Shown piece after piece: positions 13,687 through 26,969 of a stretch of DNA of 64,000 nt (position 1 is the first letter of the stretch; each line of letters starts with the position of its first letter). Made by a program: the position numbers and the translations under genes. Below the pieces are notes generated by a model. It was not told the origin of the DNA. It worked only from the letters and a program-made list of their open reading frames with translations, and did no database searches. Origin of the DNA: Eledone cirrhosa (taxonomy: Eukaryota); assembly GCA_964016885.1 (NCBI GenBank), contig OZ024742.1:344286001-344350000 (forward strand), given 5' to 3'.

Positions 13687-14909
13687 AATATGAGTTGAAA
13701 AAGAAATTGTATGATAATATAATTAACACGCATCCAGATACAGGTATTAAATACACATACGAGTATGAAAGCACGCGTATACACACACATACACGACGGT
13801 CACTTATATGCGGAAGATAAAGAGGGAAGGGAGTGTAATAGTAAAAAGAAGTGTCATTCTCGATATATGTATAAAAATGAAACAATATATGAGAATGAAA
13901 AATGTTATTAAATCAAAGAGAAAGTAATCAATTAACACTAGAGAAAAGAAAACAAACATAGGTACGCACGTACACACACACACATATATATAAAAAAATA
14001 TTTATAGACACAAATACGTACAGACAAAAGCGCATGCATGCGTACATACATACACACGAGGCACGTATATATATATATCGCCACATGTATATCTAATCAC
14101 ACGTACGTACGCGACTATATATATATATACATATATACATACATACCCATACATACATATACATATACACACATATACATACACATACACATACATTCAC
14201 CCGCATACACACACACGTATAAATAAGTATGTAAAAAACCTAGATATAAAAAACACACATACACACACATATATATATGTACGCACGCACACATACGGAG
14301 GCGTTCGTATACATATACAGAACGTAGACACACATAAGCACACTCACACACATAGATACAGATTATAAGCCAGCCGTATGAATAAATGATTACAAATATA
14401 AAATCGGCTGCGAAACAGCATAATATATCTGGAGTGGAAAACGCAAGTGACAACTCATATCAGGTAGTGAAAGAAAATGGGAAAGTAAAATATGGAATGT
14501 GAAGATATTAGGTAAGTGAATCGAAAAGTAGGGGGGGGGGGTTACTGGTGGATGTGAAGTAAAAATAAAAATAAAATTAAAAATAAAGTTAAAAATGAAA
14601 GTAAATCAGAATGAGAAGTCTGTAAAGAGGATAATTTAAGGAAAGTGAAGAATAAGAGTTTATGGAGGATAAGTATCTGAAAGTGAGTTAAGTTTATATG
14701 AGCTGGAAAGCAAATGTGATTTCATATGTGGGCAACTGGTGAAAATTTCTGTTTTTGTATTTTGGCCGGTTTTTGGTGATTTAAGGTTCTGTAAAATCCA
14801 ATATTTTTCACTTATGCAGAGTGTGCATCTTCTTGTTCCAGTGAAACAAATGTAAGCTATGTGATTAAAAACTTTTTTGTATAGCAAACCATGTAAACCT
14901 TCTTTCCTG

Positions 14910-15001
<92 letters not shown>

Positions 15002-15203
15002 CGTGATATTTCGCTCCTTATAACAGTCTTTCCTCTCTCTCTGTTTGGTTGAGCACACTTCGCTTTTGGGCTGCCCTTTCTAGCAGCTTGTCCCTCAGAA
15101 GCCACTGGTTCACTGCCCTTAAACACGCTGTGACTTCTCTCTCCCACGTGTAGCTGGACGGTCGCTTTAAAAATTCTCTTAGTGTTGTCTGAAATGTATA
15201 GCC

Positions 15204-15288
15204 TAACACATGCTGATGAACCGCATTTATTTTATTTTGTCAACAACTTACTGGCGAAACAGATCACTTTGGATTTGTACGTGTGTTA
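15204..15288 (+). ncRNA. Type I hammerhead ribozyme with degenerate stem II
   Basis: TAACACATG-CTGATGA-accg...tggc-GAAA-CAGATC actttg GATTTG-TA-CGTGTGTTA; 9-bp stem I and extended stem III. Confidence 0.65.
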
Positions 15289-15534
15289 TATAGTTATAGA
15301 GGTATTTATTTACGCTTTAATTTATATTTTCAATTATCGTGTCTATACTCTGCCTTTCATAGGTTATAGATTCCAAACACTGGTAGTTTGTCCCTGTTTT
15401 ATTGATAGCGCACTGTATATCTCTCTAGTGTGTTGCCTTTTCAACATATTGTATTTTAAAGAGCTCAGGATTTCCTCTCCTTTGAGGACATTATTTACAT
15501 GGAATGACGAGAGTCTATGGCTCCGTTAATGTAT

Positions 15535-15652
<118 letters not shown>

Positions 15653-15724
15653 GTATATATATTATATATATAGAGCGGTGCCCCAGCATGGCCTCAGCCG
15701 GATGTCTGAAACAGGTAAAAGAGT

Positions 15725-15755
<31 letters not shown>

Positions 15756-15804
15756 GTAATAATAATAAATTTGAAGACTAAAATCCAAAGAGGGCTCGAT
15801 AAGG

Positions 15805-15842
<38 letters not shown>

Positions 15843-16839
15843 TATATGTATTCTTGTATTCGTTCAATGTATATACTCCCACTTAATTTAACCTTTTTCT
15901 GTAAACTACAAGAGGGACATAAAACAACTTTTGTTAATTCAAATGATTATATTGTCTTCACTTTTGTACAGATCGTTGTGAAAATTTGCAATATTAATGA
16001 AAATAATTCAATTCTTCAGGAAATAAAATAAACAGTGTTTTGTACTCGTCAATGATGCTTCCTTAATGTGGTTTCATTTGGTTGAGGATGTTCAGAGATA
16101 ATCAGAGACGAGTCACGATTGAATATACAACCAGAGCTAATTACAAAATAATTACAGTATTTGCTTAGTTAATTAGATACACATTAGATAGATGCAAGCG
16201 CTCCCCAACACTTACTCCGAAACATTGATTCTTTTCCTACTATATCAAGCGTTAACTAATATATTTATTTCATCATTGTACTATATTGTTTTCTCGCGTT
16301 GTTTTCCTTATTGACTGTTCATACATACACAATCACGGACACGCACACATACACCCGCGGCACACACATACACACACACTCACACACACACACACATACA
16401 CACACACACATATATATATATATATGCATATATATATGTATATACACACATATATGTGTGTGAGCGTGTGTATGTGTGTGTGTGTCCGTGTAAGTGTACG
16501 TGCGTGTGTGTATATGTGTGTGTCCATGTAAGGATGTGTGTGTCCATGTATGTGTGAGTGCGTGTATGTGTATGTGTAAGTGCGTGTATGTGTATGTGTG
16601 AGTGCGTGTATGTGTGTGTGAAAGACAGATAGAGGAGAATTACATTCGCGAATTAATTGAAATAAATGAATAAATGAATAAAACTAGGAACAATATATTG
16701 TTTTCTAAGCTCTTTATATATAAGACACCTATAAGAAGATGGTACGGATGAAGTGGTGCAGTCAGTGAAGTCAGCATCGCAGGTGAGATGGGAAAACTTT
16801 TTATGGTATAGTGGGATATGTGACTTACGGAACACTTAG

Positions 16840-19800
16840 CAGGGCACTAAATAGCCCTATGTACTCCCGCTATGTAGATGACATCAATATAGTAGTAACG
16901 TTTTGCAGGACACTAAATAGCCCTATGTACTCCTGCTATGTAGATGACATCAATACAGTAGTAAAGATAGTTTCAGGGCACTAAATAGCCCTATGTACCC
17001 CCGCTATGTAGATGACATCAATATAGTAGTAAAGTTAGTTTCAGGGCACTAAACAGCCCTATGTACCCCAGCTATGTAGATGACATCAATATAGTAGTAA
17101 AGTTAGTTTTAGGGCACTAAATAGCACGATGTACCCCCTGCTACGTAGATGACATAAATATAGTAGTAAAGTTAGTTTCAGGGCACTAAATAGCCTTATG
17201 TACCCCCCGCTATGTAGATGACATCAATATTTTAGTAAAGTTAGTTTCAGGGCACTTAATAGCCCTATGTTCCCTTGCTATGTAGATGACATCAATATAT
17301 TAGTAAAGTTAGTTTCAGGGCACTAAATAGCCCTATGTACCCCTTGCTATGTAGATGACATCAATATATTAGTAAAGTTAGTTTCAGGGCACTAAATAGC
17401 CCTATGTACCCCCTGCTATGTAGATGACATAAATATAGTAGTAAAGTTAGTTTCAGGGCACTAAATAGCCCTATGTACCCTCGTTAAGTAGATGACATCA
17501 ATATAGTAGTACAGTTAGTTTCAGGGCACAAAATAGTCCTATGTACCCCCGCTATGTAGATGACATCAATATATTAGTAAAGTTAGTTTCAGGGCACTAA
17601 ATAGCCCTATGTAGCCCCCCCCCCCTCCCACCCCGCTATGTAGATGACATCATTATAGTAGTAAAGTTAGTTACAGGGCACAAAATAGCCCTATGTACCC
17701 CCGCTATGTAGATGACATCTATATAGTAGTAAAGTTAGTTTCAGGCCAATAAATAACCCTATTTACCCCCGCTATGTAGATGACATCAATATAGGAGTAA
17801 AGTGAGTTTCAGGACACTAAATAGCCTTATGTACCCTCGCTATGTAAATCACATCAATATATTAGTAAAGTTAGTTTCAGGGCACTAAATAGCCCTATGT
17901 ACGCTCGCTATGTAGATGACATCTATATAGTAGTAAAGTAGGTTTCAGGGCACTAAACAGCCCTATGTATCCTCGCTATGTAGATGACATCAATATATTA
18001 GTAAAGTTAGTTTCAGGGCACTAAATAACCCTGTGTACCCCTTGCTATATAGATGACATCAATATATTAGTAAATTTAGTTTCAGGGCACTAAATAGCCC
18101 TATGTACCCCCGCTATGTAGATGACATCAATATATTAGTAAAGTTAGTTTCAGGGCACTAAATAGCCCTATGTACCCTCGCTATGTAGATTACATCAATA
18201 TATCAGTAAAGTTAGTTTCAGGGCACTAAATAGCCCTATGTACCCCCGCTATGTAGATGACATCAATATATTAGTAAAGTTAGTTTCAGGGCACTAAATA
18301 GCCCTATGTACACCCTGCTATTTAGATGACATCAATATATTAGTAAAGTTAGTTTCAGGGCACTAAATAGTCCTATGTACCCCTGCTATTTAGATGACAT
18401 CAATATATTAGTAAAGTTAGTTTTAGAGCACTAAATAGCCCTATGTACCCCCGCTATGTAGATGACATCAATATAGTAGTAAAGTTAGTTTCAGGGCACT
18501 AAATAGCCCTATGTACCCCCGCTATGTAGATGACATCAATATATTAGTAAAGTTAGTTTCAGGGCACTAAATAGCCCTATGTACCCTCGCTCTGTAGATG
18601 ACAACCATATATTTGTAAAGTTAATTTCAGGGCACTAAATAGCCCTATGTACCCTCGCTAAGTAGATGACATCAATATAGTAGTAAAGTTAGTTTCAGGG
18701 CACTAAATAGCCCTATGTACCCTTGCTATGTAGATGACGTCAATATAGTAGTACTGTTAGTTTTCAGGGCACTAAATAGCCCTATGTACTCCCGCTATAT
18801 AGATGACATCAATATAGTAGTAAATTTACTTTCATGCCACTAAATAGCCCTATGTACCCCCCACCCGCTATGTAGATGACATCAATATATTAGTAAATTA
18901 CTTTCAGGGCACTAAATAGCCCTATGTAACCTCGCTATGTATATGACATCAATATAGTAGTAAAGTTAGTTTCTGGGCACTAAATAGCCCTATGTACCCT
19001 CGTTAAGTAGATGACATCAATATATTAGTAAAGTTAGTTTCAGGGCACAAAATAGCCCTATGTATCCCCGCTATGTAGATGACATCATTATAGTAGTAAA
19101 GTTAGTTACAGGGCACAAAATAGCCCTATGTACCCCCGCTATGTAGATGACATCTATATAGTAGTAAAGTTAGTTTCAGGCCAATAAATAACCCTATTTA
19201 CCCCCGCTATCTAGATGACATCAATATAGGAGTAAAGTGAGTTTCAGGACACTAAATAGCCTTATGTACCCTCGCTATGTAAATGACATCAATATATTAG
19301 TAAAGTTAGTTTCAGGGCACTAAATAGCCCTATGTACGCTCGCTATGTAGATGACATCTATATAGTAGTAAAATAGGTTTCAGGGCACTAAACAGCCCTA
19401 TGTACCCTCGCTATGTAGATGACATCAATATATTAGTAAAGTTAGTTTCAGGGCACTAAATAGCCTTATGTACCCCCGCTATGTAGATGACATCAATATA
19501 TTAGTAAAGTTAGTTTCAGGGCACTAAATAGCCCTATGTACCCTCGCTATGTAGATTACATCAATATATCAGTAAAGTTAGTTTCAGGGCACTAAATAGC
19601 CCTATGTACCCCCGCTATGTAGATGACATCAATATAGTAGTAAAGTTAGTTTCAGAGCACTAAATAGCCCTATGTACCCCCTGCTATTTAGATGACATCA
19701 ATATATTAGTAAAGTTAGTTTCAGGGCACTAAATAGTCCTATGTACCCCTGCTATTTAGATGACATCAATATATTAGTAAAGTTAGTTTCAGGGCACAAA

Positions 19801-22756
19801 ATAGCCCTATGTATCCCCGCTATGTAGATGACATCATTATAGTAGTAAAGTTAGTTACAGGGCACAAAATAGCCCTATGTACCCCCGCTATGTAGATGAC
19901 ATCTATATAGTAGTAAAGTTAGTTTCAGGCCAATAAATAACCCTATTTACCCCCGATATGTAGATGACATCAATATAGGAGTAAAGTGAGTTTCAGGACA
20001 CTAAATAGCCTTATGTACCCTCGCTATGTAAATGACATCAATATATTAGTAAAGTTAGTTTCAGGGCACTAAATAGCCCTATGTACGCTCGCTATGTAGA
20101 TGACATCTATATAGTAGTAAAGTAGGTTTCAGGGCACTAAACAGCCCTATGTACCCTCGCTATGTAGATGACATCAATATATTAGTAAAGTTAGTTTCAG
20201 GGCACTAAATAACCCTGTGTACCCCTTGCTATATAGATGACATCAATATATTAGTAAAGTTAGTTTCAGGGCACTAAATAGCCCTATGTACCCCCGCTAT
20301 GTAGATGACATCAATATATTAGTAAAGTTAGTTTCAGGGCACTAAATAGCCCTATGTACCCTCGCTATGTAGATTACATCAATATATCAGTAAAGTTAGT
20401 TTCAGGGCACTAAATAGCCCTATGTACCCCCTGCTATTTAGATGACATCAATATATTAGTAAAGTTAGTTTCAGGGCACTAAATAGTCCTATGTACCCCT
20501 GCTATTTAGATGACATCAATATATTAGTAAAGTTAGTTTCAGGGCACTAAATAGCCCTATGTACCCCCGCTATGTAGATGACATCAATATATTAGTAAAG
20601 TTAGTTTCAGGGCACTAAATAGCCCTATGTACCCTCGCTATGTAGATGACATCAATATATTAGTAAAGTTAGTTTCAGAGCACTAAATAGCCCTATGTAC
20701 CCCCGCTATGTAGATGACATCAATATAGTAGTAAAGTTAGTTTCAGGGCACTAAATAGCCCTATGTACCCCCGCTATGTAGATGACATCAATATATTAGT
20801 AAAGTTAGTTTCAGGGCACTAAATAGCCCTATATACCCTTGCTATGTAGATGACGTCAATATAGTAGTACTGTTAGTTTTCAGGGCACTAAATAGCCCTA
20901 TGTACTCCCGCTATGTAGATGACATCAATATAGTAGTAAATTTACTTTCATGCCACTAAATAGCCCTATGTACCCCCCACCCGCTATGTAGATGACATCA
21001 ATATATTAGTAAATTAGTTTCAGGGCACTAAATGGCCCTATGTAACCTCGCTATGTATATGACATCAATATAGTAGTAATGTTAGTTTCAGGGCACTAAA
21101 TAGCCCTCTGTACCCCCCGCTATGTAGATGACATCAATATAGTAGTAAATTTAGTTTCAGGGCACTAAATAGCCCTATGTACCTCCCGCTATGTAGATGA
21201 CATCAATATAGTAGTAAAGTTAGTTTCAGGGCACTAAATAGCCCTCTGTACCCCCCGCTATGTAGATGACATCAATATAGCAGTAAATTTAGTTTCAGAG
21301 CACTAAATAGCCCTATGTACCTCCCGCTATGTAGATGACATCAATATAGTAGTAAATTAGTTTCAGGGCACTAAATAGCCCTATGTACCCCCGCTATGTA
21401 GATGACATCAATATATTAGTAAAGTTAGTTTCAGGGCACTAAATAGCCCTATGTACCCTCGCTATGTAGATTACATCAATATATCAGTAAAGTTAGTTTC
21501 AGGGCACTAAATAGCCCTATGTAACCCCTGCTATTTAGATGACATCAATATATTAGTAAAGTTAGTTTCAGGGCACTAAATAGTCCTATGTACCCCTGCT
21601 ATTTAGATGACATCAATATATTAGTAAAGTTAGTTTCAGAGCACTAAATAGCCCTATGTACCCCCGCTATGTAGATGACATCAATATATTAGTAAAGTTA
21701 GTTTCAGGACACTAAATAGCCCTATGTACCCTTGCTATGTAGATGACGTCAATATAGTAGTACTGTTACTTTTCAGGGCACTAAATAGCCCTATGTACTC
21801 CCGCTATGTAGATGACAACAATATAGTAGTAAATTTACTTTCATGCCACTAAATAGCCCTATGTACCCCCCACCCGCTATGTAGATGACATCAATATATT
21901 AGTAAATTAGTTTCAGGGCACTAAATAGCCCTATGTAACCTCGCTATGTATATGACATCAATATAGTAGTAAAGTTAGTTTCTGGGCACTAAATAGCCCT
22001 ATGTATCCCCCCTATGTAGATGACATCAATATAGTAGTAATGTTAGTTTCAGGGCACTAAATAGCCCTATGTACCCCCGCTATGTAGATGACATCAATAT
22101 AGTAGCAAATTAGTTTCAGGGCACTAAATAGCCCTATGTACCCCCGCTATGTAGATGACATCAATATAGTAGTAAAGTTAGTTTCAGGGCACTAAATAGC
22201 CCTCTGTACCCCCCGCTATGTAGATGACATCAATATAGTAGTAAATTTAGTTTCAGGGCACTAAATAGCCCTATGTACCTCCCGCTATGTATTTGACATC
22301 AATATAGTAGTAAAGTTAGTTTCAGGGCACTAAATAGCCCTCTGTACCCCCAGCTATGTAGATGACATCAATATAGTAGTAAATTTAGTTTCAGGGCACT
22401 AAATAGCCCTATGTACCTCCCGCTATATAGATGACATCAATATAGTAGTAAAGTTAGTTTCAGGGCACTAAATAGCCCTATGTACCCCCGCTATGTAGAT
22501 GACATCAATATAGTAGTAAATTTAGTTTCAGGGCACTAAATAGCCCTATGTACCCTTGCTATGTAGATGACATCAATATAGTAGTAAAGTTAGTTTTCAG
22601 GGCACTAAATAGCCCTATGTACACCCGCTATGTAGATGACATCAATATAGTAGTAAAGTTACTTTCAGGCCACTAAATAGCCCTATGTATACCCCCACCC
22701 CACCCCCGCCACCCCGCTATGTAGATTACATCAATATATTAGTAAAGTTAGTTTCA
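16840..22756. repeat. Satellite array 1: 68-bp unit, ~87 copies
   Basis: Consensus cagggcactaaatagccctatgtacccccgctatgtagatgacatcaatatattagtaaagttagttt; variable poly-C tract. Confidence 0.98.
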
Positions 22757-22818
22757 TAGTAAAATACGTAGGGATTAGTGATACACACCAAGGAGACCAC
22801 CCAGATAATATCTGATGG

Positions 22819-24636
22819 CATCTACCAGAGAATTAACATAGAATACCTAACTATAGGCCTCAACCATAGACTACATCTACCAGAGAATTAACATAGAATA
22901 CCTAACTATAGGCTTCTGCCAGAGACTACATCTACCAGAGAATTAACATAGAATACCTAACTATAGGCTTCTGCCAGAGACTACATCTACCAGAGAATTA
23001 ACATAGAATACCTAACTATATGCCTCAACCACAGACTACATCTACCAGAGAATTAACATAGAATACCTAACTATAGGCTTCTGCCAGAGACTACATCTAC
23101 CAGAGAATTAACATAGAATACCTAACTATAGGCCTCAACCACAGACTACATCTACCAGAGAATTAACATAGAATACCTAGCTATAGGCCTCAACCACAAA
23201 CTACATCTACCAGAGAATTAACATAGAATACCTAACTATAGGCTTCTGCCAGAGACTACATCTACCAGAGAATTAACATAGAATACCTAACTATAGGCTT
23301 CTGCCAGAGACTACATCTACCAGAGAATTAACATAGAATACCTAACTATAGGCTTCTGCCAGAGACTACATCTACCAGAGAATTAACATAGAATACCTAA
23401 CTATATGCCTCAACCACAGACTACATCTACCAGAGAATTAACATAGAATACCTAACTATAGGCTTCTGCCAGAGACTACATCTACCAGAGAATTAACATA
23501 GAATACCTAACTATAGGCCTCAACCACAGACTACATCTACCAGAGAATTAACATAGAATACCTAACTATAGGCTTCTGCGAGAGACTACATCTACCAGAG
23601 ACTTAACATAGAATACCTAACTATAGGCTTCTGCCAGAGACTACATCTACCAGAGAATTAACATAGAATACCTAGCTATAGGCCTCAACCACAAACTACA
23701 TCTACCAGAGAATTAACATAGAATACCTAACTATAGGCTTCTGCCAGAGACTACATCTACCAGAGAATTAACATAGAATACCTAACTATAGGCTTCTGCC
23801 AGAGACTACATCTACCAGAGAATTAACATAGAATACCTAACTATAGGCTTCTGCCAGAGACTACATCTACCAGAGAATTAACATAGAATACCTAGCTATA
23901 GGCCTCAACCACAAACTACATCTACCAGAGAATTAACATAGAATACCTAACTATAGGCTTCTGCCAGAGACTACATCTACCAGAGAATTAACATAGAATA
24001 CCTAACTATAGGCTTCTGCCAGAGACTACATCTACCAGAGAATTAACATAGAATACCTAGCTATAGGCCTCAACCACAAACTACATCTACCAGAGAATTA
24101 ACATAGAATACCTAACTATAGGCTTCTGCCAGAGACTACATCTACCAGAGAATTAACATAGAATACCTAACTATAGGCTTCTGCCAGAGACTACATCTAC
24201 CAGAGAATTAACATAGAATACCTAACTATAGGCTTCTGCCAGAGACTACATCTACCAGAGAATTAACATAGAATACCTAGCTATAGGCCTCAACCACAAA
24301 CTACATCTACCAGAGAATTAACATAGAATACCTAACTATAGGCTTCTGCCAGAGACTACATCTACCAGAGAATTAACATAGAATACCTAACTATAGGCTT
24401 CTGCCAGAGACTACATCTACCAGAGAATTAACATAGAATACCTAGCTATAGGCCTCAACCACAGACTACATCTACCAGAGAATTAACATAGAATACCTAA
24501 CTATAGGCTTCTGCCAGAGACTACATCTACCAGAGAATTAACATAGAATACCTAACTATAGGCTTCTGCCAGAGACTACATCTACCAGAGAATTAACATA
24601 GAATACCTAGCTATAGGCCTCAACCACAAACTACAT
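22819..24636. repeat. Satellite array 2: 55-bp unit, 33 copies, two main variants
   Basis: atctaccagagaattaacatagaatacctaactata followed by either ggcttctgccagagactac or ggcctcaaccaca(g/a)actac. Confidence 0.98.
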
Positions 24637-24997
24637 GTCTTACATACAGAACTATGGTAACTAAAATAAAACAGTAAGGTACAATCTATCATTTCACATT
24701 ACACTAAACCCGTGGTCTCCAAACATTTGATGCTCTGAAGCTTAGCAATTTCGAACAACCTAAAAATCAATATGTTAACAGTGGATCTAATGAGGGCAGT
24801 GAAGAACGCGCCTCGCTTATACGAATCTAAAGAACTAGAGCAACACATAAAACACTTCTATCGTTTGTGTTTCTCCGGACACAATCAAAGGGATAGGATC
24901 AGAGTATACACAGGAGCGAAGGCAAAACTGAAAAATATCATGAAAAACGATGCTCATGGAGGATGCTTCATGAATAGGAGCAAAGCATGGGTGAAGG

Positions 24998-25225
24998 CAC
25001 ATGGCTTAGTGGTTAGAGCATTGGGCTTGCAACCGAAAGGTTGTGAGTTCAATTCCCGGACGGGTGATGTGTTGTTTCCTTGAGCAAGACACTTTATTTC
25101 ACGTTGCTCTAGTGTAGAAATGAGATGATAGGACTGGGGTCCCTATCATTAAAATCATCCAAGACACCTCCAACGAGATATACCTCGGAGGAGGCCAGCT
25201 AAACCTGCATAGGTGTGAGCTGTCA
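24998..25225 (+). mobile_element. tRNA/CORE-type SINE, family B
   Basis: A-box tggcttagtggt, B-box gagttcaattcc, then ccttgagcaagacactttatttcacgttgctc. Confidence 0.8.
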
Positions 25226-25574
25226 CACACACACAAACACACATGGGACGGATTAGAAAGAATAAGGAAGAAGGTAGATAAGGTCAGCTCATTCTATGGT
25301 AAGATGATTATCGGAGTTTGATGTTCATTGATGCTACATCCTGAGATGAACTAGCTTATAGATTTAGGAATGCAACGTCATCAGTTTCAACATTCATAAC
25401 TGAAGGCTTTCAAAATGTTTATTTCAAAACATCCCGTATATCGTTAGATATACAAGATACTCATACAGCTATGTTAGAGCAAACACCTTAATAACAATAT
25501 ATATTTCAACATATGATTCCACATCAAGTACCTAGTGAAATAAATACAACCAGTAAGTACATACTACATATGTA

Positions 25575-26616
25575 TACACACCTGGTGATATTTACTCCGG
25601 TTTTATTGTTAGTTAAGTAACTAATATATTTCTCGCTTAGTTATGCTTATTTCATTGTTTTTCGTCACACATTCTGTTTAAATGATTTAAGTACAGAGAA
25701 AATAAATAAACTAATCCCGCCCACGTTTTGTGTCACTGTATATTCATTTTCTAACTGATCAACCTTAAATTTCAGGAAATTGCAAATACAACGTCTGTGA
25801 AGACATCAAGAACCAAAATGCGAGCTCCAACATCAGATTCTTTCCGTGTGAAATACTATTATAATTGTTGCTCGTACAAGCAGGTCCAGGAACAATTTCA
25901 AAATTTTTGCGGGAACGGACAAATCTCCCTCCAAGGCCCAAACTGGGTAAAGAGGTTTGAGACATATCGAACAGTGAAGAACACAAATAAAATGTCTGAG
26001 GACCGTCCCATCAGCTGTGGAGGACCTGAAAGAATACACATGAAGCTACTAACATAGTCCGAGAGTCTATTGAGCAGTGCTCAAAACAATCGCTGCACAT
26101 GAGAAGCCCATCTTTGTGTCTCTCCAGAGAAATTTGCAGAAGTGTTTTCAAAGAGGATCTTAAGAAGAACACTTATAGAATACATGCAGAAAATCGTGTG
26201 ATCAGTTTCAAAACAGATTTTGATTGGGTCACACACAGCATTGATTTAAGCTACCCACCCTTAGACTTCTTTCTTTGGGGCGATATGAAGGATAGGGTAT
26301 ATGTCAAGAAACCCAGGACCATCCCTGAACTAAAGGAAATCGCCAGGGAGGAAATCAAGTCCATCGCTAGGTCTGTTTGTAAAGACATTACACTAAACTT
26401 CACCATGGGCCTAAAAAATGTGTGGATTCAAATGGAGATCAATTTGAGCAGGTGCTGAAACTCCGGACTAAAATATCAGAAGATAGTGAATTTTATAGAT
26501 ATATTTTTTAATGGTTTGACCGACGGATATTCGGAGTGTCGTCAGTTTTTTTTTGTCAAAAGAGGAGTAATTTAGTTAAAAACAAAAGTGGGGCCAGTTT
26601 TTTAGTTCACCCTGTA
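25575..26616 (+). mobile_element. Tc1/mariner-superfamily transposon remnant, internally deleted
   Basis: KYYY..SYKQVQEQF..WVKRFET (HTH-like) and W..HSIDLS.PLDFFLWG.MKDRVY..KPRTIPELK; 3' end tcaccctgTA; 5' end approximate. Confidence 0.8.
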
Positions 26617-26679
26617 CATTTGAATTTTAAACGCCCACTCTAATATATATCTATATCAATTTGAAACTGTTCAGACCAT

Positions 26680-26860
26680 TACTAACAGGAGTACTCGATA
26701 CTTGGGGTAGCAGAGTATGGCTATATTATAAAGAGTCAGGACCCTGACGGCTGAGCTCTTGCCGTTTCAACAGCTAGCTCCAGACTCAGAAGTGGCTGTT
26801 GAAACGGAACTAGCTGTTGAAAGGGCAAGCGCTCAGCCATCGGGGCCCCGATACTTTATG
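26680..26860. mobile_element. Short fold-back element, same family as 4905-4997 and 52287-52478
   Basis: gacggctgagctcttgccgtttcaacagctag is mirrored by ctagctgttgaaagggcaagcgctcagcc. Confidence 0.65.
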
Positions 26861-26866
26861 ATATAA

Positions 26867-26969
<103 letters not shown>

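Larger units (their letters stand above)
16750..24990 (+). pseudogene. Degenerate PLE reverse transcriptase (possibly Nematis-like) interrupted by two internal satellite expansions
   Basis: 16752: SGAVSEVSIAGEMGKLFMV*WD; 16859: MYSRYVDDINIVV; 22802: QIISDGIYQRINIEY/TIDY; 24637: VLHTELW..SHYTKPVVSKHL..NMLTVDLMRAVKN..HIKHFYRLCFSGHNQRDRIRVY..CFMNRSKAW. Confidence 0.75.

Noticed and set aside
16840-22756. Tandem hammerhead satellite on the minus strand (AGGGC-n8-GCCCT-GAAAC)
   Set aside because: No CTGANGA precedes the hairpin (gggtacat instead), and there is no stem III or cleavage site
16840-22756. Translated poly-YVDD repeat protein
   Set aside because: 68 is not a multiple of 3 and the other frames contain stops, so no long ORF exists
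22819-24636. CRISPR-like repeat/spacer array
   Set aside because: The variable part has only two recurring states rather than unique spacers; there are no cas genes; the context is eukaryotic; the unit appears RT-derived
24998-25075. tRNA gene (also 62860-62920)
   Set aside because: A and B boxes are present but there is no convincing acceptor stem, and the sequence continues into a repeated SINE body
24772-25083. Stand-alone 103-aa gene
   Set aside because: Chimera of the PLE RT thumb remnant and an adjacent SINE
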